IMG/VR virus record: IMGVR_UViG_3300017613_001174
Direction: 5' to 3' (one strand)
DNA from: a virus
Length of the DNA: 42,133 nucleotides
Of this stretch, positions 7,706 to 14,908 are shown piece by piece (within the stretch, counting starts at the first letter, position 1; every line of letters begins with the position of its first letter). The position numbers were made by a program, and so were the translations under genes. Below the pieces are notes generated by a model. It did no database searches and had not been told where the DNA came from. It saw only the letters and a list, made by a program, of their open reading frames with translations.

Positions 7706-7880
7706 AATGTCCTCCTTATATTAAGGGGTGGCTCCCGTACCACCCCGCCAGAATCTGGTATAGGGACATCTGGTTCATCCCCAAATCTCATAAAATTTAA
7801 CCCCGCTGGGGATACGGACGGTCACACAAAGCCTGACATACCGGCTACCTCCTTTCTGGGATCGTTTTAAGCATGGTTCT

Positions 7881-7910
7881 ATTATAAACATAGTCGATTA
7901 ACGTTGTCAA
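7881..7910 (-). promoter_or_regulatory. Leftward sigma70-type promoter
   Basis: On the minus strand: TTGACA (7910-7905), 18-nt spacer, TATAAT (7886-7881). Confidence 0.6.
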
Positions 7911-7964
7911 GGATTTTATTCACATAATATAAAAATAAATATTTTAACAACGTCTATTATTTTG

Positions 7965-7994
7965 TTGACAGACCTATTCATATCGTGATATGTA
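7965..7994 (+). promoter_or_regulatory. Rightward promoter, possibly giving a leaderless transcript
   Basis: TTGACA (7965-7970), TG at 7986-7987, TATGTA (7989-7994). The ATG at 8001 lies 7 nt downstream with no Shine-Dalgarno. Confidence 0.5.
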
Positions 7995-8000
7995 TAAATT

Positions 8001-8189
8001 ATGAAATTAAATATTGAGAAAATAAAAAGAGAGAAAACAAGGCTGGGTATGACATTACAGCAAATTGCGGATATATCCGGCATCAAACACCGACAGCAAA
8101 TTGATTATTATTTAAGGACTGCGAGTATTAAAGGCGCTGAAATATTTGCAAAGGCTTTTGATGTTGAGCCGAAGGATTTGATTGTATGA
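8001..8189 (+). CDS. Cro/XRE-type HTH regulator
   Basis: GMTLQQIADISGIKHRQQIDYYL helix-turn-helix. First rightward gene. Confidence 0.75.
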   Translation: MKLNIEKIKREKTRLGMTLQQIADISGIKHRQQIDYYLRTASIKGAEIFAKAFDVEPKDLIV

Positions 8190-8233
8190 CCCCAGACCCT
8201 AAACATGGAGGTTGGAATGGTAGCACAAAAAAA

Positions 8234-8260
8234 GCCACCAAGTTGCACCTTGGTGGCTTT
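8234..8260 (+). terminator. Intrinsic terminator (A-run upstream, so possibly bidirectional)
   Basis: gccaccaag ttgcac cttggtggc, a perfect 9-bp stem, then ttt. Confidence 0.65.
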
Positions 8261-8363
8261 GATTGGTGCGGTGACCATCCAGACCGTTCACCGCTGACAC
8301 CTCCCCCGCATTCTGGGCCAGATGCCGTAAGTTAATGATTAAACATAGTATAACGTGGAATTT

Positions 8364-8552
8364 ATGTCAATAGTAATTTATTTAAATGAAAATTTTTATG
8401 CAACATGCCCTGTATGCCGTTCCCAGGAATGGTTGTTACCGATAAACGGCCCTGGTGACCAATGGAATAGTTTATTAGGGAGTGAATGTGCTAATTGTGG
8501 GTTTTTTATTGAGTGGAAATCAATAAAAAAGGAGGGTGAAGACAGATTTTGA
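8364..8552 (+). CDS. Zinc-ribbon small protein
   Basis: ATG at 8364. CPVC...CANC. Confidence 0.6.
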   Translation: MSIVIYLNENFYATCPVCRSQEWLLPINGPGDQWNSLLGSECANCGFFIEWKSIKKEGEDRF

Positions 8553-8761
8553 TGAATTTAGATGATTTAAAAAAAGTCTCATGCCCATTTACGGCATATC
8601 AAAAAGGTCAACCTGCTGTTGTTGTCGGGTTCTCACAAAACGACCCCTTAGGCGTTGGCGGTGGGATATTTCCAGACATGCCAACCGTTTATTTTGAAAA
8701 AGGCGGGTGGGTGTTACTGCAAGATTTTTTAAAACATTACGAATTAAAAGATGAACAATGA
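8552..8761 (+). CDS. Hypothetical protein
   Basis: ATG overlapping the upstream TGA. Confidence 0.6.
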   Translation: MNLDDLKKVSCPFTAYQKGQPAVVVGFSQNDPLGVGGGIFPDMPTVYFEKGGWVLLQDFLKHYELKDEQ

Positions 8762-8877
8762 TGGGAATGGCATCAACTATAATTTTATTTATTGGAATAA
8801 CCGCCCTGGCTCTATCGCTAGGTTACAAGATAGATTGCCTGGAGAAAAAAATTGATAAATTAATAAAGGAAAAATGA
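8758..8877 (+). CDS. 39-aa single-TM peptide (below the ORF-track cutoff)
   Basis: Hand translation gives [39 protein letters not shown]. Overlapping start/stop junctions with both neighbours: ATGATG upstream (ATG 8758, TGA 8759-8761) and ATGA downstream (ATG 8874, TGA 8875-8877). Confidence 0.45.
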   Translation: MMGMASTIILFIGITALALSLGYKIDCLEKKIDKLIKEK

Positions 8878-9191
8878 CAAGTTTTCAAGCAAAAACTTAT
8901 ATGGATTTTGGTAAGTTATATCTTTCGGTAACTCACAACGGTTATCAATGGTCCTCTTTGTATCTTTCTGACCCGAAGGTTGAAATCCCACAAATAATAA
9001 AAGTACTTGAAAAGGCATTGAAAGAAACCTTGAATAACGGACGCAAATGTAAGACAGACGTAGAAAAATTAAGAGCTGAAATCATAAAGGTAACGACTCA
9101 AATAAATTTACACAAAAACAAGATTGCAAGGCTCGAAAAACAAATTAGGAAGATCATGTACGAAAAACCCACGCTCATATCAACCAGATAG
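8874..9191 (+). CDS. Hypothetical protein
   Basis: ORF with an ATGA-coupled start; ends in TAG. Confidence 0.65.
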   Translation: MTSFQAKTYMDFGKLYLSVTHNGYQWSSLYLSDPKVEIPQIIKVLEKALKETLNNGRKCKTDVEKLRAEIIKVTTQINLHKNKIARLEKQIRKIMYEKPTLISTR

Positions 9192-9194
9192 AAT

Positions 9195-9401
9195 ATGAAA
9201 AAGCCAGAAATAACAGAAAAAGAATTTTTTGACTGGGCAAAACATAACTGGATTGAATATGCGGCATGGACTAATTTTTCCGGTTACAGGTTGCGATTCA
9301 AGAGAAACATGACAGGAACGTATCGGGTCTATTTAGGCAAGAATATTTTATACGAAGGGTTAAATTTTAATTCTGCTGCTAAAGCATTTAATGAGGGTTA
9401 A
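9195..9401 (+). CDS. Hypothetical protein
   Basis: ORF immediately after the previous stop. Confidence 0.6.
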   Translation: MKKPEITEKEFFDWAKHNWIEYAAWTNFSGYRLRFKRNMTGTYRVYLGKNILYEGLNFNSAAKAFNEG

Positions 9402-9410
9402 GGAGGCAAA

Positions 9411-9893
9411 ATGGCGTATCTCACAAAAAAAGGCAAAACATTAGAAGGTAAACGTCTCGAAACATTTTTAGCATTTTGGGACGTTTTTAATTACAAATCC
9501 GGAAAAGCCGAAGCTGCCGATTCATGGCTTGCCATTCCGACTCTAACTGATAAAATAGTAGGTGAGATATTACATGCTGCAAGACAAGAGGCGATACGAA
9601 GGCCAGAACTAAAAAAGCGCGGTACAACCCCTAAAATGGCCCAGGGTTGGCTCACATCGAGAAGGTGGGAGGATGAGATGTACCAAACTCAAAGTCCCCG
9701 TAAACGCCAAATAAAACCGTCCAGACTCGATAATTTGAGGAGGGCATATAAGATGTTAACTCAATTGGGAGAAGACGCTTTCCAGTCCTATTGTAAACAG
9801 CTTCGGATGCCACCAGAGGACATTGAAGTGGTTTTACTCAAGGATAAACGTGCGGCAATATTAAAACGCAAAGGTTTTGATGTGGTGGTATGA
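9411..9893 (+). CDS. Conserved phage protein (FW..F.YK.GK...WL..RRWEDE motif), function uncertain
   Basis: RBS aaggagg. From memory, the motif pattern recurs in phage early/replication regions. Confidence 0.65.
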   Translation: MAYLTKKGKTLEGKRLETFLAFWDVFNYKSGKAEAADSWLAIPTLTDKIVGEILHAARQEAIRRPELKKRGTTPKMAQGWLTSRRWEDEMYQTQSPRKRQIKPSRLDNLRRAYKMLTQLGEDAFQSYCKQLRMPPEDIEVVLLKDKRAAILKRKGFDVVV

Positions 9894-10525
9894 AAGGCTA
9901 CACCGTACAACCCATAAAGCGTTCTGATGCTATTCCGTGGATTAAGGTTAAGCATTATGCCAAGCGGATGCCATCCGGTGTTTTATTTTATGGGCTTTTT
10001 AAGGATGATATTATTTGTGGATGTTGCGTCTATAGTATTATTGCAAACTTTGTTGAACAAAAAGCATGGTAGCCTTATGATTTATTAGAATTGGCAAGAT
10101 TGGTAATAGAATGCGATAGAAAAAATATTGGTTCATGGTTTTTATCAAAAACATTTAAAATTATGAATACTCCAATGGTATTGATATCATACGCTGATAT
10201 CGGTCAAAACCATGTTGGTTATATATATCAAGCAACTAATTGGATTTATACGGGGATAGGATCAGTCGGTAGTAAAAATTTTAAATATGCAGATGGATTT
10301 TCAGTCCATGAAAGACATAGCAAAAAAATAAATAATAGAAAAATAAAACCCGTTGATATTGTAAAGTCAAAAGGGAAACATAGATATTATAAATTTTTAG
10401 GGTCGAAGAAATTTAAAAAAGAAATGCTTAAAAAGCTAAGGTTTTCCATCCTGCCCTACCCAAAGGGTGAATCTAAACGATACGACACAAGTGCAACCTT
10501 CGCAAAACAGGTGCAAATGTTTTAG
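9890..10525 (+). pseudogene. Mom-like (GNAT-fold DNA-modification family) gene interrupted by an in-frame TAG at 10070-10072
   Basis: ORFs 9890-10072 and 10091-10525 are in the same frame. The sequence reads through ...FVEQKAW*PYDLLELARL... The ISYADIGQNHVGYIYQATNWIYTG motif is typical of Mom-like proteins as I recall them. Confidence 0.55.
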
Positions 10526-10526
10526 C

Positions 10527-10556
10527 TTGACACGTAATACTGATACGTGCTACATA
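10527..10556 (+). promoter_or_regulatory. Sigma70-type promoter with an extended -10
   Basis: TTGACA (10527-10532), TG at 10548-10549, TACATA (10551-10556). Confidence 0.5.
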
Positions 10557-10567
10557 AGGAATGGTTA

Positions 10568-10735
10568 ATGAAAAAGGACAAATGTAAGAGATGCGGCCAT
10601 GAATGGTATCGTAGAAAGCCTGAAAAACCTATCCTATGCCCAAATCCTAAATGTAGATCAGCCTATTGGGATATTGATAGGAAACACAACGGCACTCACG
10701 ATTTAAATAAGCTACCTCAGATGCGGGGCGTATGA
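10568..10735 (+). CDS. Zinc-ribbon small protein
   Basis: ATG at 10568. CKRCG...CPNPKC. Confidence 0.6.
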   Translation: MKKDKCKRCGHEWYRRKPEKPILCPNPKCRSAYWDIDRKHNGTHDLNKLPQMRGV

Positions 10736-11415
10736 AACCATACTACGAAACAGATTTAGGACGACTTTATCACGGTGACTGTCTTGAAATTATGGGGCAG
10801 CTTGAACCGGTTGATTTGGTTTTAACTGATCCACCTTATGGGGTTTCGTGGCAATCAAATTGGCGGAAGAATAAATTTAATAAAATACATAATGACGAAA
10901 AAGTGCATTATAAATGGCTCAGTTATTTAAAGACAAATGTTTTGTATTCTTTTGCTAAATGGTCAGTGATGCAGGAATGGATTGACCAGGTTTTAGCCGT
11001 TGGTCTATCTGTTAATGATGTTCTTATTTGGGATAAGTTAGCGCATGGCGCTGGAAATTTGAAATCATGGGCACCCACTTATGAGATGATAATTTACGCA
11101 ACCAATGGAAGAGTCGAATTAAACGGGAAACGCCCTCAAAATGTTTTAAGGCATTGGCGAGTTGATGCTGGGGCAACTGGGAAGAGTAGTGGAAAATTGT
11201 TAAAGCATCCAGCACAAAAACCAGAATCATTATTTATTGAAATTATTAAACGACATAGCGGTATTGTTTTAGACCCCTTCATAGGTTCAGGCACAACAGC
11301 AATAGCCTGTGAACGTCTTAACCGAAAGTGGATAGGCATAGAAATCGAAGAAAAGTACTGTGAAATAGCTGCAAAGAGAATTGAATTGGAAAGAAAACAA
11401 AGAAAATTATTTTAA
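10732..11415 (+). CDS. DNA methyltransferase, beta-class (N6-adenine or N4-cytosine; DPPY suggests N6A)
   Basis: LTDPPYG near the N-terminus, HPAQKP, and the C-terminal SAM motif VLDPFIGSGTTAIAC. Confidence 0.9.
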   Translation: MKPYYETDLGRLYHGDCLEIMGQLEPVDLVLTDPPYGVSWQSNWRKNKFNKIHNDEKVHYKWLSYLKTNVLYSFAKWSVMQEWIDQVLAVGLSVNDVLIWDKLAHGAGNLKSWAPTYEMIIYATNGRVELNGKRPQNVLRHWRVDAGATGKSSGKLLKHPAQKPESLFIEIIKRHSGIVLDPFIGSGTTAIACERLNRKWIGIEIEEKYCEIAAKRIELERKQRKLF

Positions 11416-11418
11416 TGC

Positions 11419-11447
11419 TTGACATTTCAAATAAAAAAATGGATAAT
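11419..11447 (+). promoter_or_regulatory. Near-consensus sigma70 promoter
   Basis: TTGACA (11419-11424), 17-nt spacer, GATAAT (11442-11447). Confidence 0.6.
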
Positions 11448-11453
11448 ATTTAC

Positions 11454-11617
11454 ATGATTAAGCATCCGCCAGAAAATATACCAGCAAAAAATATACAAAT
11501 TGGCCCCTGTTTCCTGGCGGATGCACATAAAGCCAATATCTCAGAAAGCCCTTCAGTTCGCTGCGGGGCTTTCGCTTTTTTCAAGCCCATTGGCAGAAAT
11601 GCCTCTGGGCTTTTTTT
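11454..11617 (+). ncRNA. Candidate ~165-nt terminated transcript (sRNA or PR'/6S-like leader)
   Basis: 11-bp perfect stem 11462-11472/11514-11524. 8-bp stem 11544-11551/11566-11573 followed by T6. Hairpin 11584-11589/11606-11611 with an inner ggca/tgcc stem, followed by T7. Confidence 0.4.
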
Positions 11618-11626
11618 GTGTGAAAT

Positions 11627-11809
11627 ATGACTGAAGACGAATATTTAAAAGCAACAAACCGAGTTAAAATATCTGCTGCGCTCAATATTTTACGGGATGT
11701 TTTAGGCGGATATGGAATAAGCAACCTTGAATTGTTAGCCATTTGTAAATTATTGGCCGAGGCCGAAACAAAACTTTTTAGTTCATATAAGTTAGAAGAG
11801 CCAGAATAG
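11627..11809 (+). CDS. Hypothetical protein (60 aa)
   Basis: ORF followed by a terminator; no clear RBS. Confidence 0.5.
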   Translation: MTEDEYLKATNRVKISAALNILRDVLGGYGISNLELLAICKLLAEAETKLFSSYKLEEPE

Positions 11810-11823
11810 TCGGCTCTTTTTTT
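11796..11823 (+). terminator. Rho-independent terminator
   Basis: agagcc (11797-11802) pairs with ggctct (11812-11817), 9-nt loop, then a T-run to 11823. Confidence 0.65.
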
Positions 11824-12178
11824 ATGCCCAAAGGATGTCCTTTAAGGGATTAGAGAAATCTTTCAATCTGTGGGCGAGACATAATCACAAATCATATCGG
11901 AATACATATAAAACGTCCTAGTGGCGTATCGGCTGGCTCACCGATGCTAAAAACAAGAGCTAACCTGACCTTGTGACCGTAAGTGCGAAAGCAAGGGCTG
12001 GCTCATCCGGGTACTAAGATGTGATTAGAGAGTATTCATAGGTTATCGCTTACCAGGGCCTATTGAGTTTATGCGACCGAAACGACCGAAGGGAAATAGT
12101 TGCAAGCCCTCCCTTAAATGAGGATTTTTATCTTTATCTTCATTTAGGGGGGGCACTTCCCTCCACTCTCTCAGGGAA

Positions 12179-12700
12179 ATGGAAAAAATGATAAAACATA
12201 GTCAATTAAGAAAAGCAGCAATTAATCGTTTTAAAGAAGAGAATTTCACAATATCAAACAATATTTCCTATCGGGATCTTGCTAGTATTATAAATATAGC
12301 GACTGGCTGGGGTGGTGTTTTAAAGAAGAGCAAAAAACAAGTATATAAAGAGAAAATAAGGCGATTTTATTATGAAACTCCAAGCATTGACAATACTAAG
12401 GTAAATTTTTTAAAGTATCAGCAAGCGAAAATTCCTAAAAAGAAAGAATTTTGTCAAACGGATGATTTTTTAGGTTCGTTTGAGTGGCGTAGGGTGAGGT
12501 TTGAGGCATTAAAGAAAAATAATGGTTGTTGCGAGCTTTGTGGCAGAAATAAGCATGATGATATTAAATTAAATGTTGATCATATCAAACCCAGGAAAAA
12601 ACACCCTGAATTAGCTCTTGATGTGAATAATTTACAGGTTTTGTGTAATGAATGCAATCATGGTAAGGGTAACTGGGATGAAACGGATTGGAGGAAATGA
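12179..12700 (+). CDS. HNH endonuclease (the terminase-associated type seen in cos phages)
   Basis: WRRVRFEALKKNNGCCELCG...VDHIKPRKKHPELALDVNNLQVLCNECNHGKG. Confidence 0.85.
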   Translation: MEKMIKHSQLRKAAINRFKEENFTISNNISYRDLASIINIATGWGGVLKKSKKQVYKEKIRRFYYETPSIDNTKVNFLKYQQAKIPKKKEFCQTDDFLGSFEWRRVRFEALKKNNGCCELCGRNKHDDIKLNVDHIKPRKKHPELALDVNNLQVLCNECNHGKGNWDETDWRK

Positions 12701-12900
12701 AGCAACCGTTATCAGAACATAAAACCCAATTAAAAGAAATCAAAAACTGGCTAAAAAAAGAGCACAGTTATTTAGATGTATTAAATCAAAGACTTGCTGA
12801 GAGGGACCGTGAATTTAAATTTTACATGAGACAATACGAAACAGCTCTGGGAAGCGGGAAGAAATCATTTGATCGAAATGATTACCTGGTGAAACAATGA
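12697..12900 (+). CDS. Hypothetical protein
   Basis: ATGA overlap with the HNH stop. Confidence 0.55.
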   Translation: MKQPLSEHKTQLKEIKNWLKKEHSYLDVLNQRLAERDREFKFYMRQYETALGSGKKSFDRNDYLVKQ

Positions 12901-12914
12901 GAGGGAGGTAACAG

Positions 12915-13214
12915 ATGTCAACATTTACAGTAAAAGATATGGAAGAAGCAGCACAAAAAATGAAAGAGTTTTCGCATTTTGACACAATTATAGGCCATCC
13001 GTCGGTTCTTAATCCCATTGGCGATATACCGGGGATCAGTATTGTTGGCAATCCAACATTAACAAAAACAAAGCAAACGAAATTTCCATGTTCAAAAAAG
13101 AAACGAATTCGTAAAAAATTTGCAAAAAAATACACAAAACAGGTTCCGAGTGACGAGGTTTATTTATTAAATACAGATATATTTAACCGATGGAATCCAC
13201 GGTGGGAGATATGA
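12915..13214 (+). CDS. Hypothetical protein with a basic K/R-rich segment
   Basis: RBS gagggagg. Confidence 0.6.
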   Translation: MSTFTVKDMEEAAQKMKEFSHFDTIIGHPSVLNPIGDIPGISIVGNPTLTKTKQTKFPCSKKKRIRKKFAKKYTKQVPSDEVYLLNTDIFNRWNPRWEI

Positions 13215-13239
13215 TGCAAAATTGAAGGGGGATGAATAA

Positions 13240-13536
13240 ATGTCAACAAAACACACGTTTATATCAAAAGACGGTCATAAAACTAAAGTTTTAAGCCCGA
13301 CAAAGGCTATCCGAGAGAAATGTCTTGAATGTTCATGCTGGCAAAATGAAGAGGTTAAAGAATGTCCGGCGACCGATTGCGCCTTGTATCCGTTTCGGTT
13401 CGGGAAAGATCCGGGTCGTAAAAAAGTTGTTATGAGTGCTGAAAGAAAAGAGACGCTTAAAAAACAGTTAGAAACGGGAAGGAAAACGATGCAGGAATCA
13501 AATCCTATGCGTTTTGGCCCTACTGGCAGTCATTAA
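13240..13536 (+). CDS. Cys-rich conserved phage protein
   Basis: KAIREKCLECSCWQNEEVKECPATDCALYPFRFGK. RBS aaggggg. Confidence 0.65.
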   Translation: MSTKHTFISKDGHKTKVLSPTKAIREKCLECSCWQNEEVKECPATDCALYPFRFGKDPGRKKVVMSAERKETLKKQLETGRKTMQESNPMRFGPTGSH

Positions 13537-13628
13537 AATCAGAATAAAATTAAAAAGGCATAGGTAGACAAGGGGTGAGTGAATAAGACATCTTAAAACG
13601 CACGCGAGAGCTTTGAAGGAGGCAAACG

Positions 13629-13907
13629 ATGAAATTAACAAAAACAATCCCAGAGAGAAAGAAAACTGTTAAATTCAAATGGGCGTATCGTGATTCCATG
13701 CAGGCAACAGCGGGTTATTTTAAGGCTCGGAATAGTTTGAGTGGAAAACGCCGGGGAACTATGACAAAATGTGACTGGTGTCAGAAAAAGTTTAAAAAAG
13801 ATGAATGGTTTGCTTTGGCACAACCAGAACAAGGACAAACAGGTCCCACAAGGAATTGGTGTTTGTGCGATGATTGCGCAAAATCTATTGGAGCACCGAG
13901 GAGATGA
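13629..13907 (+). CDS. Zinc-binding small protein
   Basis: RBS gaaggagg. CDWC...CLCDDC. Confidence 0.65.
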   Translation: MKLTKTIPERKKTVKFKWAYRDSMQATAGYFKARNSLSGKRRGTMTKCDWCQKKFKKDEWFALAQPEQGQTGPTRNWCLCDDCAKSIGAPRR

Positions 13908-14374
13908 TAAAAAATAATTTATCAGAATATGAGCATCAGGTCCAGGTGTTCGAATGGGCGAAAATGATGGAAGTTCAAAAGCCAGAGTTAAAACTATTGA
14001 ATGCGTCGCTTATGGGGGTTCATGTTTCACTGAAGTTATTAAATAAATATAAAAAAGCGGGAGTTAAAAAAGGTTATCCTGATTTGTTTTTACCGGTTCC
14101 CAGAGGGGAGCATCACGGGCTATTTATTGAACTAAAAAAAATTGGTGGTAGAAAGCCAAAAGACGAACAAAAACAATGGTTAGAAGATTTACAAGCGCAG
14201 GGTTATGATTGTTACACATGTTTTGGTAGTGAGCAAACTATTTTTGTAATTATATCGTATTTGAATGGCAAGAAGTATGAGCGTTGTCCGGGAAGAGGTG
14301 CAATAGATTTAACTCTAAAAACCTCAGAACTCAAACGCTGGAAACCATCTGACATTAACAGCAAAAAATTCTAA
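13904..14374 (+). CDS. VRR-NUC domain nuclease
   Basis: ATGA-coupled ATG at 13904 after gaggag. EHQVQVFEW...GYPDLFL...GLFIELKK...Q..WL..L (PD-ExK core). Confidence 0.75.
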   Translation: MIKNNLSEYEHQVQVFEWAKMMEVQKPELKLLNASLMGVHVSLKLLNKYKKAGVKKGYPDLFLPVPRGEHHGLFIELKKIGGRKPKDEQKQWLEDLQAQGYDCYTCFGSEQTIFVIISYLNGKKYERCPGRGAIDLTLKTSELKRWKPSDINSKKF

Positions 14375-14441
14375 AATCACTAAAAGAGCTCGGCCTATCA
14401 TCGACTGAGCTCGAAAAACGAAAGGCTATGAGGTATCGGTA

Positions 14442-14663
14442 ATGGAAGACATTCAAGGGGCCATATTTGATTATGGTATTGGCGAAATGCATATCGTTCA
14501 GTTAACCCAGGACCAGCTAAAAGATGTGATCAAGCGCTATCCATATGAGCGGATCTCCACTGTTGGGGAACGTTCTAAACGCTCTATCAGCAGCTATCGT
14601 ATAATGTCATTACGGCGAATAGCCGCCATTAATAAAGCCGCGACAGACTGGTTGGAGTATTAA
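14442..14663 (+). CDS. Hypothetical protein
   Basis: ORF with a weak RBS (gagg). Confidence 0.5.
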   Translation: MEDIQGAIFDYGIGEMHIVQLTQDQLKDVIKRYPYERISTVGERSKRSISSYRIMSLRRIAAINKAATDWLEY

Positions 14664-14869
14664 ATCCACGCCCGGCTCCGAGGCGTTGTATCGGGTTCTC
14701 CTTTCGCCCGGCTGCCGTCACGGGTTAAGTAGCAGCGCACAGGGACGCTTGCGAAGGCGGCACTCGGCTACGACCAGGAATTATGAGCCACAGAGGTAAT
14801 GAAACCCAGTAAGTGCTTGCGAGCCAGGATAAAAATTGAAACCATTCTACCGATGCGAAAATCTTTTTC

Positions 14870-14908
14870 TTGACAAACCCGTAACCATGTGAAACACTTG
14901 TCTAATAT
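14870..14908 (+). promoter_or_regulatory. Possible promoter upstream of the packaging genes
   Basis: TTGACA at 14870-14875, but no good -10 at 17-18 nt. TAATAT at 14903-14908 is too far away. Confidence 0.25.

Noticed and set aside
10070-10072. Genome-wide TAG reassignment (stop-codon recoding) as the explanation for the in-frame amber
   Set aside because: TAG plausibly terminates three other genes (9191, 10525, 11809). All long late genes are intact without TAG interruptions. A local event fits better.
11415-11630. 71-aa ORF as a real gene (it has a TAATG start overlap and an ATGA stop overlap)
   Set aside because: It contains a near-consensus promoter, an 11-bp stem and two hairpin/U-tract terminators. 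It has no RBS and no protein-like features. I favour a non-coding function but cannot exclude translation.
11824-12700. Group I intron carrying the HNH homing endonuclease
   Set aside because: No split host gene flanks the region: an upstream terminator, a downstream coupled ORF. I could not identify conserved intron core pairings by eye.
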